A program made the position numbers and the translations under genes. Shown piece by piece: positions 1 through 9,707 of a stretch of DNA of 64,000 nt (its first letter is position 1; each line of letters starts with the position of its first letter). The DNA comes from a phage. Location of the stretch: sequence record PV636258.1. The stretch is one strand, 5' to 3'. Under the pieces are notes generated by a model. It did not search any database. It was not told the DNA's origin and saw only the letters and a program-made list of their open reading frames with translations.

Positions 1-474
1 AGTCTTCCAGCGCTCGATCCCCTCTGGTGTAGTCACGGTTAGGATTGAATAACCCCATATATGGGAACCATTCAGCACAGCCGCGCTGTGCCCACCAATT
101 TTGTCTTCCAGTTTACAAATGAAAGACTCATATTGCATCGCAGCGTTTCGACGTGCTTCTTTGACAAACAGAGCATGGCGCTCAGGATCAGCTTTGACAA
201 TATCCGGCTTCCCAGGTATGTAAGAAGGATTCACTGCCTGGGTCAAAGAACGGTAGAGCGCATGTTTTGATTTCATTCGTTGGTAATCTGGATCACCAAA
301 CTTGACACCAACCGAAGATGGCCACGGAGCGCACTTCTCGACGTCCCAGCCGTTGGATGCCAGATCGTCCATTATGTTCTTGATGACTTTGTTCGCGTAC
401 TGCTCAGCAGCATTCTCAGCATCAACCAGCAGAGGCTCGACGGCAATACGGACAGGAGTTTTTGGGGTGCTCAT
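1..474 (-). CDS. hypothetical protein, partial (C-terminus lies beyond window start)
   Basis: Uninterrupted minus-strand frame from ATG at 474 (AAGGA about 8 nt upstream) to the window edge; absent from the ORF track because it has no in-window stop; the short plus ORFs 61-270 and 280-516 are its shadows. Confidence 0.5.
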   Translation of the reverse strand, partial: MSTPKTPVRIAVEPLLVDAENAAEQYANKVIKNIMDDLASNGWDVEKCAPWPSSVGVKFGDPDYQRMKSKHALYRSLTQAVNPSYIPGKPDIVKADPERHALFVKEARRNAAMQYESFICKLEDKIGGHSAAVLNGSHIWGYSILTVTTPEGIERWKT

Positions 475-683
475 GATATAGTCCTTCATTCAGACAGAAG
501 ACGGGCGCGGACATAACCCAGGATGTACGAAACCATACCGTACAGCAGGACAGTCAGGTCACTGGGGATTAGGTGATACTTGCCGATGTCGGCCATGGCC
601 AGAAATGCGAATACTACCCACACGATAAAAATCATAATATAGTCCTTCAGTTCAAAGTAAGCCCCCGAAGGGGCTTTGTCATA

Positions 684-1241
684 TTAGAGGCGGGAATCCA
701 ACCATGCGTTCTTTTCATTCTGCCATTCCCAAGCGGCCTGACCACCAGCCATGATAACTTCCAGAGAAGGAGTATTGTCATCCTCGCCGCCGTGAAGATC
801 TGGATCAAATCCATCATCTTCCGGATCATCTTCACATTCGTTCTGATATGCGGAATATTCAATATAATGCGCTTCGGCTTCGTAATCCATGTCTCCCAGA
901 GCAGTCTCAAGAGTCATTTTACCTTCGGCAATCAGCTCAGCCGTTGCGTCGTCCAGACCTGCGTCTTTCGCTTCAACGAACAGTTCGTGACGTTTCTGGA
1001 AGAAAAAGAATTGCATGGCGGCAGAACGTGAATCAAAGAATTCTTGACGAGGAGCGGTGATATCACGCCCATCAATTTTACTTACCATCACGACACGAGA
1101 ACCGTACTCAACCAGGAAGCGACCGCCTTTTACGGGGTTGCTGCCGTCAACTGTGCCCAAAGTGGTGATTACACGGCCTTCTTCGGTGCCGAACAATACA
1201 GTTTTGCCGGATTTAGATTGAACGATAATTTCGATTGCCAT
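684..1241 (-). CDS. hypothetical protein with acidic C-terminal tail
   Basis: ORF 684-1421 trimmed to ATG at 1241 preceded by AAGGAA; transcribed divergently from the DNA polymerase gene; very acidic C-terminus (DDPEDDGFDPDLHGGEDD). Confidence 0.5.
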   Translation of the reverse strand: MAIEIIVQSKSGKTVLFGTEEGRVITTLGTVDGSNPVKGGRFLVEYGSRVVMVSKIDGRDITAPRQEFFDSRSAAMQFFFFQKRHELFVEAKDAGLDDATAELIAEGKMTLETALGDMDYEAEAHYIEYSAYQNECEDDPEDDGFDPDLHGGEDDNTPSLEVIMAGGQAAWEWQNEKNAWLDSRL

Positions 1242-1290
1242 GATGTATTTCCTTCTCTTCAAATTGTTGTTTGTTCGTACTACAATTAGA

Positions 1291-1319
1291 AGTATACGCC
1301 AGTTATTGAAGAAGTAAAC
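1291..1319 (-). promoter_or_regulatory. candidate early (sigma70-like) promoter GTTTAC-17nt-TATACT with upstream TTGAATAAA tract
   Basis: Read on minus strand: -35 GTTTAC (plus 1314-1319), 17-nt spacer, -10 TATACT (plus 1291-1296), about 45 nt upstream of the ATG at 1241. Confidence 0.35.
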
Positions 1320-1336
1320 TTTATTCAATAAATATT

Positions 1337-1549
1337 TTAATAAATTTTGAACTCTGCTCCTTTGTACACTGCTGTCCCTCGTTCTATGAGGCCGTCGGGG
1401 ACAACCACCTTTGTGGGCCATCCACCGTCCGGTGCCTTGACAGTCAGGCGTGTCTTATGATCACCCAGCTGAATCTGTTCATAAATCCTTCCTCTTACTA
1501 TCGTCGCCCCGCCTTGGGTGACGAGCAATCTCTTGTTTACCACTTTCAT
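1337..1549 (-). CDS. small hypothetical protein
   Basis: 70-aa ORF in same orientation as flanking minus genes; no recognisable motif. Confidence 0.3.
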   Translation of the reverse strand: MKVVNKRLLVTQGGATIVRGRIYEQIQLGDHKTRLTVKAPDGGWPTKVVVPDGLIERGTAVYKGAEFKIY

Positions 1550-1590
1550 TCCTTAACACCAAAAGAAAGGGGAGTTTCCTCCCCTCTAAC

Positions 1591-2181
1591 TTATTTCTTC
1601 AGATCAGGCCACGCACCAGAGGTCGCAGTAGACCCAGCTGGGGGAGCAGACTCAAGATCGGGAGAACCCGACTGAGTAACAACAGTGGGATCTTTGTTAA
1701 CCACTTTGACCCCAAACTGCTTGAGAGCATCCACAGCTTGCGCCTTCCGGCTGTTGCTTTTGTAATGGTTATACCCCTTGATACCGAATGATGCACTAAT
1801 TGCTGTCAATAACGAATAGGTATACCATTCAGGTGCGGTATCGAGCGCCTGGAGGCCGCCGATTACTGCTTTGATGAAATCCCCTTTATGATACTCATCA
1901 GGGAACAGAATTAGTTCCACAACCGGAGCAGTCATGACGAGGATAGCGGGTACGGCCAACACGATAGTCCAGAATTCGTCTTTCCAAGACCCGCCGACTT
2001 CGGTGATCTTAGACAGCTCCCAATCTGAGGAGGACTTGATAGCCTCTAGCTTGACATCGTGTTTTGCCTGAACAACTTCCCGCTTGTATTGGATCAAATC
2101 AGTCCCGAGGTTCCAGAGTTGCTTTAGCGCCCCTGGGATAATACTCACAAAGGGGATTGCCATAATAAACTCCTTGGTCAT
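1591..2181 (-). CDS. hypothetical membrane protein (single predicted TM)
   Basis: ORF 1591-2223 trimmed to ATG at 2181 with GAGGAA RBS; hydrophobic segment FWTIVLAVPAILVMTAPVV. Confidence 0.45.
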   Translation of the reverse strand: MTKEFIMAIPFVSIIPGALKQLWNLGTDLIQYKREVVQAKHDVKLEAIKSSSDWELSKITEVGGSWKDEFWTIVLAVPAILVMTAPVVELILFPDEYHKGDFIKAVIGGLQALDTAPEWYTYSLLTAISASFGIKGYNHYKSNSRKAQAVDALKQFGVKVVNKDPTVVTQSGSPDLESAPPAGSTATSGAWPDLKK

Positions 2182-2242
2182 TGAACGTTCCTCGGCTAAA
2201 TTACGGGGACGTGCTAACGGCACGGTTAACCGGAGACAAACA

Positions 2243-5239
2243 ATGACTGTTTTCTATACGAACGTTGCCCGACAGGGTAACGACCTTCTGATTCGTATTG
2301 CAGACGACAACGGCAATCGCCGTATGTTGCGTAAGAAATTCGAACCCACCTTGTATTTACCCACAGCCGATTATTCCAAAGTTGAAAAGATTGGCCTCCT
2401 CAATGAACCGTTGGTGTCTAAAAAATTTGCGTCAATGCGTGACGCCGACAACTATCTGGAGGAATATAAGGAGGTCGAAGGCGCTGCCGTTTACGGACAA
2501 ACGGATTATGCATATCAATTCATAGCGCATAGTTTTCCTGGGATGATTACCCCCGATTACTCAAATATTCACATCGCCAACGTGGATATCGAAGTTTTCT
2601 CGGCTGGGTGGCGCGATGGAGAAATGACTAAAGGCCCATTTCCTCACGCGACGATTGAATCCCACACGTTTAAGGGGAGTGAGGCGCGTGTTCGCCGATT
2701 CCATAAGCAAGTGTTGGCCAACCATGATTTCGTTCGAGAGCATTTCCCAGGTTCCTTTATTTCCAACAACGTGACTGACCAGTTCCCTATCATTGATAGT
2801 AATGGTAAGATCACACAGAACATGAATGCCGCCTTCCCTATTACGCTCATCCAGCTTCAAGACATGAACACCAACAAGTTCTATGTCTGGGGTATGCCGT
2901 GTTCTAAGGATCGCCATAAATTCAAATATGATCCAAATGATGAAGAGATAGGTGGTCTTGAGGTTGAATACAAAGAATACACGACTGAACAAGAACTTCT
3001 TCGCGCCTTCTTAGATTATTGGTCTGAACGTCAATTTGATGGTTGGACTGGCTGGAACATCGAAACGTTTGATAGCCCGTACTTGGTTGAACGTATTACG
3101 CAGGTTCTCGGCGAAACCCAGGCAGAGCGCCTCAGTCCTTGGGGCAAACTCAAGAAACGTTTCATCAAAGACCGTAAAGGCGACGTGACTTCTTATCAAT
3201 TCGTGGGTTGTCCTATGATGGACTACATGCAAGTTTACAAGAAACACACGTACACAACCCGCGAAAAATACTCACTGGATTGGATCGCTTATTGTGAACT
3301 CGGTGAGAAGAAGTTGGATTATAGTGAAAGCAAGTCATTGTATGATCTATATTTTAATGATTATTGCAAACACACCCGATATGGTATCAAAGACGTCAAA
3401 CTCGTGTGGCGTTTAGAACAAAAGCTGCGTTTGATACAGCTGATGTTCGTATTGGCGTATCGCACCAAATCTAACTATGAAGACGGTCTTGGGACTGTAG
3501 CACCATGGCTGGCGATGTGTTACTATCGTCTTTATGAAAAGGGGATTGTCCCTAAAATACAGCGTGTATATGATGGTCCAACAGACTTTGAAGGCGCATA
3601 TGTCATGGAGGTTGCACCAGGGATATATTTCTGGGTATTCTCTGAGGACTTAAACTCCCTGTATCCCCACATCATACAGCAATACAACCTTGGTCCTGAG
3701 ACTATCGTTTCTGACAAGCACACACGTCGCGATATCATTGAGTCCATGTGTGAAGAATTGACCAAAGCGATGAATGATATGACAACGCCTATGAACAAGC
3801 GCCGTCATCTCAAAAATCTTCACGACAAGCTGCAGCGTGCTATTGATGAACGCATACAAGTTGTTGATGAATTGGTCGCGCTGGGTGAATTCCATTTTGA
3901 AACATTACGTCGATATAACGTTTCGTTTACCCCGAACGTTCAATTCTTCAGTAATGAGAAGATGTCTTTCCTTTCCGAAATTATGCGAGGCATATACGCT
4001 GACCGTAAAGGAGAGAAAGCAACTGGCCTGAAGTATGAGCAATGGGCTGGTTGGTGTAAGGAAATGTCTAAAGGTGATTTCCACCTTGAATCCGCCATGA
4101 AGTCTCGTTTCTACGATCCTGAATGGTATGAAGAACACAAGCATATCGACCTTGATCACCTGACTGAAGTCATGCATAAGTGGGAAGATTTGGGAGTTGC
4201 CCAAGATACGTTACAACAAGGTCTGAAGATCTTGATGAACGCAGGATATGGTGCAATTTCTAACGTCTGGTTTAAAGAATACTTCAACATCAACATCGCT
4301 GAAGCAATTACCACTTCCGGCCAGCTGATCAATAAATGGAACAAACGCCACACTGATGATTATCTGAACAAACTTTGTGGCACCACTGGTCAGGATTTTG
4401 TTATCGCAGGTGATACAGACTCCAATTATATTTGCATTGAACGCCTGGTCAAGCAATTGTGGCCTGAAGAAAAGGACCATCACAAACTCGTTGATAACAT
4501 TGACCAATGGATCAAAGAGAATTACCAGCCAAAAACCAGTGAATGGGCGCAGTTGTTGTGTAATACCATGAACGGGTTTGAGCAGCGCATGGTCTGGGAA
4601 CGTGAGGTCATCGCATCGTCTGCTGTATGGCGAGCCAAGAAGATGTATTGCATGGCAGTATACGATAGCGAAGGCATCAAGTATGAGAAGCCAAAGATCA
4701 AATTCAAAGGTTTGGAAGCGCGTAAATCAACCACTCCTGAGTGGTGTCGTGAGCGTCTGGTTAAATGTTATGAGAAAGTCCTGCTCGGTACTGAGGCAGA
4801 GGTTCAGGAATTAATCGCTGGATACAAAAAGGAATATATGGAACTCACCGTGGATGATATCGCTCAGGCATCTGGTGTGAGCGATATTGAGAAGTGGTTA
4901 GACGCGAACGGGAATTACATCAGCGGTACGCACTTTGCTGCCAAGGCTTGTATTATGTACAACAAGCTGATCGATAAGCACGAAGATCTCGGTCTTCCCC
5001 CTATCGAATCTGGCGATAAGGTTAAAATCATCAACCTGAAACCTGGCAATCCTGTGGGGAATGATCGCATAGCCTTCCCTGACTTCCTTCCTCCAGAATT
5101 GGGATTGGATAAATGGGTGGATTACCACACCACGTTTGAAAAGACCTTTATAGAGCCAATTCAGTCTATCTTGGATGTGGTTGGTTGGTCTCATAAACGT
5201 CGAGTTAATCTGTTGTCCATGATGGGCAAGAAAGGTTGA
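2243..5239 (+). CDS. 43: DNA polymerase, family B (T4 gp43-like)
   Basis: ORF 2084-5239 trimmed to ATG 2243 (GGAG 7 nt upstream); exonuclease and polymerase motifs incl. YPHIIQQYNLGPETIV (motif A region), NAGYGAIS (KxxxNSxYG-like), IAGDTDSNYI (motif C YGDTDS). Confidence 0.93.
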   Translation: MTVFYTNVARQGNDLLIRIADDNGNRRMLRKKFEPTLYLPTADYSKVEKIGLLNEPLVSKKFASMRDADNYLEEYKEVEGAAVYGQTDYAYQFIAHSFPGMITPDYSNIHIANVDIEVFSAGWRDGEMTKGPFPHATIESHTFKGSEARVRRFHKQVLANHDFVREHFPGSFISNNVTDQFPIIDSNGKITQNMNAAFPITLIQLQDMNTNKFYVWGMPCSKDRHKFKYDPNDEEIGGLEVEYKEYTTEQELLRAFLDYWSERQFDGWTGWNIETFDSPYLVERITQVLGETQAERLSPWGKLKKRFIKDRKGDVTSYQFVGCPMMDYMQVYKKHTYTTREKYSLDWIAYCELGEKKLDYSESKSLYDLYFNDYCKHTRYGIKDVKLVWRLEQKLRLIQLMFVLAYRTKSNYEDGLGTVAPWLAMCYYRLYEKGIVPKIQRVYDGPTDFEGAYVMEVAPGIYFWVFSEDLNSLYPHIIQQYNLGPETIVSDKHTRRDIIESMCEELTKAMNDMTTPMNKRRHLKNLHDKLQRAIDERIQVVDELVALGEFHFETLRRYNVSFTPNVQFFSNEKMSFLSEIMRGIYADRKGEKATGLKYEQWAGWCKEMSKGDFHLESAMKSRFYDPEWYEEHKHIDLDHLTEVMHKWEDLGVAQDTLQQGLKILMNAGYGAISNVWFKEYFNINIAEAITTSGQLINKWNKRHTDDYLNKLCGTTGQDFVIAGDTDSNYICIERLVKQLWPEEKDHHKLVDNIDQWIKENYQPKTSEWAQLLCNTMNGFEQRMVWEREVIASSAVWRAKKMYCMAVYDSEGIKYEKPKIKFKGLEARKSTTPEWCRERLVKCYEKVLLGTEAEVQELIAGYKKEYMELTVDDIAQASGVSDIEKWLDANGNYISGTHFAAKACIMYNKLIDKHEDLGLPPIESGDKVKIINLKPGNPVGNDRIAFPDFLPPELGLDKWVDYHTTFEKTFIEPIQSILDVVGWSHKRRVNLLSMMGKKG

Positions 5240-5275
5240 TTCAATAAACCAAAGGGGGATATAATTCCCCCTGTT
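5236..5275 (+). promoter_or_regulatory. intergenic hairpin (GGGGGA-TATAAT-TCCCCC) preceded by TTCAATAAA; terminator and/or sigma70-like promoter (TTGATT-18-TATAAT)
   Basis: Directly after polymerase stop; GC stem 5254-5271 with TATAAT in loop; TTGATT at 5236-5241 lies 18 nt upstream of the TATAAT. Confidence 0.45.
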
Positions 5276-5299
5276 ATCCCTTTGACAACAGGTATTGTT

Positions 5300-5644
5300 A
5301 TGAAACTCAATAAGATTCTTCTGGTGTGTGCTCTGGCTTTCTCTACCACTGCATGCTCTACCCTTCTGGACGTTGCGTCTACTGTTGACCTCGATGCGCC
5401 GACGTTCACCAATCAGCAAGCGGTGAATAAGATGGAAGACACCATCAAGGCACATGCTGCGTTGGATAACACCACTCCTGGTCCGTTGCAAACTGTTTGC
5501 AATTATGACGATTCCATCCAGGAAGATGAAACCTATCACTGTACCACTTACGTGAAGGAATCTTCTGTGGTTCTGTATGCAGATTGCACAGAAGAGCAAT
5601 GCACCGCAACTGGTTATGATCAAGTGGAGAAGTCTGATGAATAA
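5300..5644 (+). CDS. small secreted/lipoprotein-like protein
   Basis: ATG at 5300; N-terminal signal-peptide-like MKLNKILLVCALAFSTTAC; several Cys in mature part. Confidence 0.45.
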   Translation: MKLNKILLVCALAFSTTACSTLLDVASTVDLDAPTFTNQQAVNKMEDTIKAHAALDNTTPGPLQTVCNYDDSIQEDETYHCTTYVKESSVVLYADCTEEQCTATGYDQVEKSDE

Positions 5645-6419
5645 TCATGTTGGTCTGTATGATGCCAATTCTAAAATCGGTGGAATGTATCGTATCCTGG
5701 TAGACGTAGACTTGACTTTGGTTGATAGCCTCTCCCCTTGGGTGGATTGGTTTAATATTTCCAATTCAAAAGCTGCTGCTGAAAACATGGGTTGTCATGA
5801 TTATCCCAATGATTTCCAGCGTATCACCAAAGAGTGCTATATGGCTCATGCTGGTGATTTGGCGATCCTCATGCGGGAACGCGCTCACCCAGCATGGTTG
5901 ACACGCCGTGTGTTTGTTGCTGGTCAATGGATGGATTCACCTACAGGACGTGATCCTATGGATTGGTGGCGCATGCCGGACCTGTATGCCAAGATGAACC
6001 CGCTTCCAGGCGCTTACGAGTTCCTGGTGAATCTGAAGAAGATCCTACTCGAAGACTTTGAAAATGTTGAATTGATCGCAGTATCTAAGTGTGAGCCAGA
6101 ACACGAGCGCAGCAAGCGCCAGTTTGTCTATGACAAGTTCCCTGGCATCTTCAACGGGTTTGTCAGCACCGACGAAAAGCATCTTTTGGCAGGTGATGTT
6201 TTAATTGATGATAACCCGAAATACGTTGAACCCTGTGCGATGAACAATATTTTTGTCATCTTTGTTCCTCAGGGAAATTATGAAAAACTGGATCTTTCGA
6301 ACTCGGAAGATATGCTTTATATTAAACCAGTAGAAGGCCAGAACCACTTCGACTTCCTGAACCGCAATATTGTCGAAGTGGTGAACCGCCTGATTGGCCA
6401 TTATCAATACGTCCATTGA
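5637..6419 (+). CDS. HAD-superfamily hydrolase (nucleotidase/phosphatase-like)
   Basis: Start ATG 5637 overlapping upstream stop; HAD motif I ILVDVDLTLVDS (DxDxT) and C-terminal VLIDDNP aspartate motif. Confidence 0.6.
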   Translation: MNNHVGLYDANSKIGGMYRILVDVDLTLVDSLSPWVDWFNISNSKAAAENMGCHDYPNDFQRITKECYMAHAGDLAILMRERAHPAWLTRRVFVAGQWMDSPTGRDPMDWWRMPDLYAKMNPLPGAYEFLVNLKKILLEDFENVELIAVSKCEPEHERSKRQFVYDKFPGIFNGFVSTDEKHLLAGDVLIDDNPKYVEPCAMNNIFVIFVPQGNYEKLDLSNSEDMLYIKPVEGQNHFDFLNRNIVEVVNRLIGHYQYVH

Positions 6420-6429
6420 GGAGGACATC

Positions 6430-6735
6430 GTGCAAGAACAATCTAAGTTTGGGGAAACCCCAGACAAGCGTTCCGGTGATAGCGATATGGATGGCGTTAT
6501 TATCCATGTGAACAACTTCATTCGTAAACAAACCACACCCACTTCCGTTGGTGCGGCGCTGGAATTAAAGCGTGTTCTGATAGAAAACGGTATGGCACCA
6601 GATGACGATGAAATTTTCTATAACTTCGACGACCAGTATAAAGTGAAGTTTGAAGAGAATGGCCGCCCACAGGTTGCTGTTTTCTGGTCTCCCTGGTTGG
6701 GCGGTGTGAGCTGGCGTATTGAGGAAGATGCATAA
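6430..6735 (+). CDS. hypothetical protein
   Basis: ORF 6394-6735; GTG at 6430 preceded by GAGGAGG at 5-nt spacing chosen as start. Confidence 0.4.
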   Translation: MQEQSKFGETPDKRSGDSDMDGVIIHVNNFIRKQTTPTSVGAALELKRVLIENGMAPDDDEIFYNFDDQYKVKFEENGRPQVAVFWSPWLGGVSWRIEEDA

Positions 6736-7640
6736 TGGCTAAAATAATTGTAGTGAAAGGCACCTCGGCCACGGGCAAGGGTACGAGAGTAGTCCAGTTC
6801 ATCGAATGGCTCCGAACTAAGCTGGAGCCTACTGAACTCACCTACACCATTGGTGACAAGACGCGCCCATTCGGCCTGAAGTTCGAAGAGCTGAAGTTAA
6901 TCTTCGTTGGCCAGTATACTGTGTCCAACAAATCCGGCCTGGCTTCCTGGACTTCCATGGACGCCATCCACGCCGCCACAGGCTCGGGTGATATCGCCCG
7001 TGATCTGGTCAAAGGCTGGCTGGCTCAGGGTTACACTTTGGTGTGCGAGGGTGAACCCCTCATGCTATCGGATAAATGGCGTCCTGAATGGATGTTCAAG
7101 AACTATCCGATTGAATCTCTGGCGTTGCTTTATTTTGCATACCCAGACCGCTATCAGTATGATGCACGCATCCGTGGTCGCTCTGGTAAGGAAGCAGGGG
7201 ACTCCGGCTGGTCACGCAACGAATCTTACTCCAAGGAGTTTGAGAAGTCGAAGACTGAAATGCTGGTGCTGGGTTGGGAAGTGGTGGTCAATGACTACAG
7301 CGGGCAAGACGTGTTGTACCGTCAATCGCCTACAAACACTCAAGAATTCAAAACAGGAAATGATAGCGAATTAGCCATGATGCCGTTTGATGCACCTTTA
7401 TGGGTGATTGGCAACGCTATTCATCATCAAATGCGTGGTGAGTTTCACGCCATGGGTCTGGACATCAAAGATTTCTACGGATTCTGTGAAACTGACCCAA
7501 TGACGCGTGAAGTCGGTGGGGATGATCCTCTAGCGCATCGAGTCCCTGAGAAGGCGACCAAATCTAAAACCAAGGCGAGCGCCAAGGGAGAGGTAACAAA
7601 GTCCTCTGTATCCCTTCTCGGCCTGTTGAGTAAGGGTTAG
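6735..7640 (+). CDS. P-loop NTPase / kinase-like protein
   Basis: ATG overlaps upstream stop (TAATG); Walker A-like KIIVVKGTSATGKGT near N-terminus; no further assignable motifs. Confidence 0.55.
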   Translation: MAKIIVVKGTSATGKGTRVVQFIEWLRTKLEPTELTYTIGDKTRPFGLKFEELKLIFVGQYTVSNKSGLASWTSMDAIHAATGSGDIARDLVKGWLAQGYTLVCEGEPLMLSDKWRPEWMFKNYPIESLALLYFAYPDRYQYDARIRGRSGKEAGDSGWSRNESYSKEFEKSKTEMLVLGWEVVVNDYSGQDVLYRQSPTNTQEFKTGNDSELAMMPFDAPLWVIGNAIHHQMRGEFHAMGLDIKDFYGFCETDPMTREVGGDDPLAHRVPEKATKSKTKASAKGEVTKSSVSLLGLLSKG

Positions 7641-7642
7641 AA

Positions 7643-7846
7643 ATGAAACAGATGTCTAAATATTTTGTGTTCGTCGGATTGGTGATGTGTATCACAGCTG
7701 TGCTTGTCGGTGTCATGAAATATTTGGGCATCGTTGAGTTGGATTCAATCGAAATATTGAACGTTTACGCGTTATATTATTTGGGGGGTGCTATCTTATT
7801 AACGCCTTTCGTCTATAACATAATTCAGAGTTTCAAAAGGAATTAA
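7643..7846 (+). CDS. small membrane protein
   Basis: 67-aa ORF, two hydrophobic segments. Confidence 0.4.
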   Translation: MKQMSKYFVFVGLVMCITAVLVGVMKYLGIVELDSIEILNVYALYYLGGAILLTPFVYNIIQSFKRN

Positions 7847-7847
7847 A

Positions 7848-8198
7848 ATGAAAATCCTCATTCCACGCAACGTTGTCGCTGTTGCTATTGATTACCGTGG
7901 TGATGCGAAGATGATTAACGCTGTCCGTTATTATCCGGAACAGAATAAAATCGTCCCACAATTTCAACTGAATACCAATCCTTCTTCTAAGGATTTCGGT
8001 TCTTGGCGTCAGGTGGGTTTGGCTCGTACCCAGGTCAATGCCCAGCATTTTATTTCCGAAAAGACGAAAACCGCCAAGCAAATTTGGTTGGTGACGAATG
8101 ATCGTCGTTTCCTGCCTATCTGGTCTCTGGGACAGCCCGTAGTAAGCCCCGAAGATATCCAACTCGAAGCCGAGGTGAAGGATGACGCATCTGTCTAA
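7848..8198 (+). CDS. hypothetical protein
   Basis: 116-aa ORF tightly packed between neighbours. Confidence 0.4.
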   Translation: MKILIPRNVVAVAIDYRGDAKMINAVRYYPEQNKIVPQFQLNTNPSSKDFGSWRQVGLARTQVNAQHFISEKTKTAKQIWLVTNDRRFLPIWSLGQPVVSPEDIQLEAEVKDDASV

Positions 8199-9423
8199 AA
8201 TGCCGCAGGGATATAAAGCCCCTGAAAAATGGAAATACCCGATTGATCTGGCAGTAGATTATCGTAAGCCAGAAAATCGCATGTACCTGCTCAAGGCATG
8301 GGTGGAGGCGCTATCCTACACTGAAGAGCATAACCAGCAAGTCCGTCTGATGGATTATGCCATCGAGGTTACAGAAGGCATCACACAGCTCGAAAAGATC
8401 GAGCGCAAGATTTGGATGGCCTTTTTGTGGGGGTGTTGCTATAATGGGATTGGACCATGGACAATTTACAGTGAATTTCCTGTACCCCCACAATCTCCGA
8501 AAGAGTTTCAGCGATTTTCTGATTGGTATAACCTGAATTTTGATCGTATGCGCTTCGATACAGATTGTCGTTATCGTAAGTCGAAAATGATTCCGTGCGT
8601 TCAGTCCTATATCGATTGGTTGGGTGGTAAAACCCAAATGGATTCTTTTCGTTGGATGTTGGAATGCACTACCAAGGAAGACCAGTTCACCGAACTGTGG
8701 AATACGGCGATGTCATGGAAATACTTCGGTCGCCTGAGCGCATGGAACTTCCTGGAAGCCCTGAACATGGTCTTCGGTAACATATGGGATATAGACGTCC
8801 CTGGGTTCATGTTGCGTGACCGTGATGGTAGCGAATCCAATCGTAACGGCGCGGCGTTCTTATCCAACCGTGATGATTGGGTGACCAAGCACGGGAAGAA
8901 AAAGATCAACGGTTGTCCTATTACAGACGAAGAATGTGATATACTCGAAACCGACCTTGAGAAAGCGTTTCAGGAATGCGTTGAAGAGTTTGGCCACATC
9001 ACGTTTATCAATCGTCTGAACTTTGAGACCTCCGGTGCTTGTTGGTTGAAGAAATTCTTCCGACTGAAGAATACCCGTTACATCGGGTGGGACGCCGAGC
9101 GTACATGGGACGAGATCGATTATATGGAACGTATTTGGCCTGAATACTCCTGTGCACCTCTCTGGGAAGCCCGTTCACTCTGGCTACCAGATACCCTGTT
9201 ATGTGAGAAGGCTCCTGCAGGGCACGTTCCAGGCGTCCAGAAGTGGAAGATGCCCGTGTTCTTTGAGACGGGTGTTCCTCTACATATCTGGCATTTACAG
9301 CAGGGTACACGTTGGGAACCGTCTGAGGTTTGTTTGTCAGTTGGTAAATTGGACACCATGAGCCGAAATGGTACTGTGTATCCTTCTAAAAGTGTGAACC
9401 TCATGACACTCTTGAAACGCTGA
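8182..9423 (+). CDS. hypothetical protein (413 aa, Trp/Cys-rich)
   Basis: Long ORF with no motif I can assign; overlaps upstream gene end by 17 nt. Confidence 0.5.
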   Translation: MTHLSKMPQGYKAPEKWKYPIDLAVDYRKPENRMYLLKAWVEALSYTEEHNQQVRLMDYAIEVTEGITQLEKIERKIWMAFLWGCCYNGIGPWTIYSEFPVPPQSPKEFQRFSDWYNLNFDRMRFDTDCRYRKSKMIPCVQSYIDWLGGKTQMDSFRWMLECTTKEDQFTELWNTAMSWKYFGRLSAWNFLEALNMVFGNIWDIDVPGFMLRDRDGSESNRNGAAFLSNRDDWVTKHGKKKINGCPITDEECDILETDLEKAFQECVEEFGHITFINRLNFETSGACWLKKFFRLKNTRYIGWDAERTWDEIDYMERIWPEYSCAPLWEARSLWLPDTLLCEKAPAGHVPGVQKWKMPVFFETGVPLHIWHLQQGTRWEPSEVCLSVGKLDTMSRNGTVYPSKSVNLMTLLKR

Positions 9424-9431
9424 TATAAATA
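9424..9431 (+). promoter_or_regulatory. T4-type late promoter-like box TATAAATA
   Basis: Exact TATAAATA 28 nt upstream of ATG at 9459. Confidence 0.3.
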
Positions 9432-9458
9432 TCCTCGCTATAAAGTGAGGATATTATC

Positions 9459-9626
9459 ATGTTACAAGATCTGTTGGTTTATGCGCTTCCTGGCGTTGTT
9501 GTCGGCTTCGTAGCTGGCGCTCTGGTCTTCCGTAAACACGCGCAAGACGGTGAAGTGATTGTTCAGAAGGGTAAAGACATCCTGGAACAAATCGAAGCCA
9601 AACTGGACGAGCTGAAGAAAAAGTAA
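9459..9626 (+). CDS. small membrane protein (55 aa)
   Basis: ATG 9459 after GAGGATATTATC; hydrophobic N-terminus LLVYALPGVVVGFVAGALVF; below ORF-track size cutoff; the minus ORF 9462-9719 is its shadow. Confidence 0.4.
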   Translation: MLQDLLVYALPGVVVGFVAGALVFRKHAQDGEVIVQKGKDILEQIEAKLDELKKK

Positions 9627-9640
9627 TCTGATTGCGATTG

Positions 9641-9695
9641 CGTTCTTCAATAAAGGGGAATGGGTTATTATTAGCCCGTTCCCCTTTCTTTTTGC
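9641..9695 (+). terminator. intrinsic terminator-like hairpin of the recurrent TTCAATAAA family
   Basis: GTTCTTCAATAAA then AAAGGGGAATGGG / CCCGTTCCCCTTT stem with TTATTATT loop, followed by CTTTTT. Confidence 0.5.
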
Positions 9696-9707
9696 AAGGA
9701 TTGATTT

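Noticed and set aside
61-516. Plus-strand ORFs 61-270 and 280-516
   Set aside because: They lie opposite a longer uninterrupted minus-strand frame with a good RBS and start at 474; treated as shadow ORFs.
573-1060. Plus-strand ORFs 573-1031 and 848-1060
   Set aside because: They overlap the better-supported minus-strand gene 684-1241 (RBS, operon context); likely non-coding frames.
2561-5623. Numerous 60-240 aa ORFs on the opposite strand inside the DNA polymerase gene
   Set aside because: They are embedded in a long, motif-supported CDS and lack independent signals; typical antisense shadow frames.
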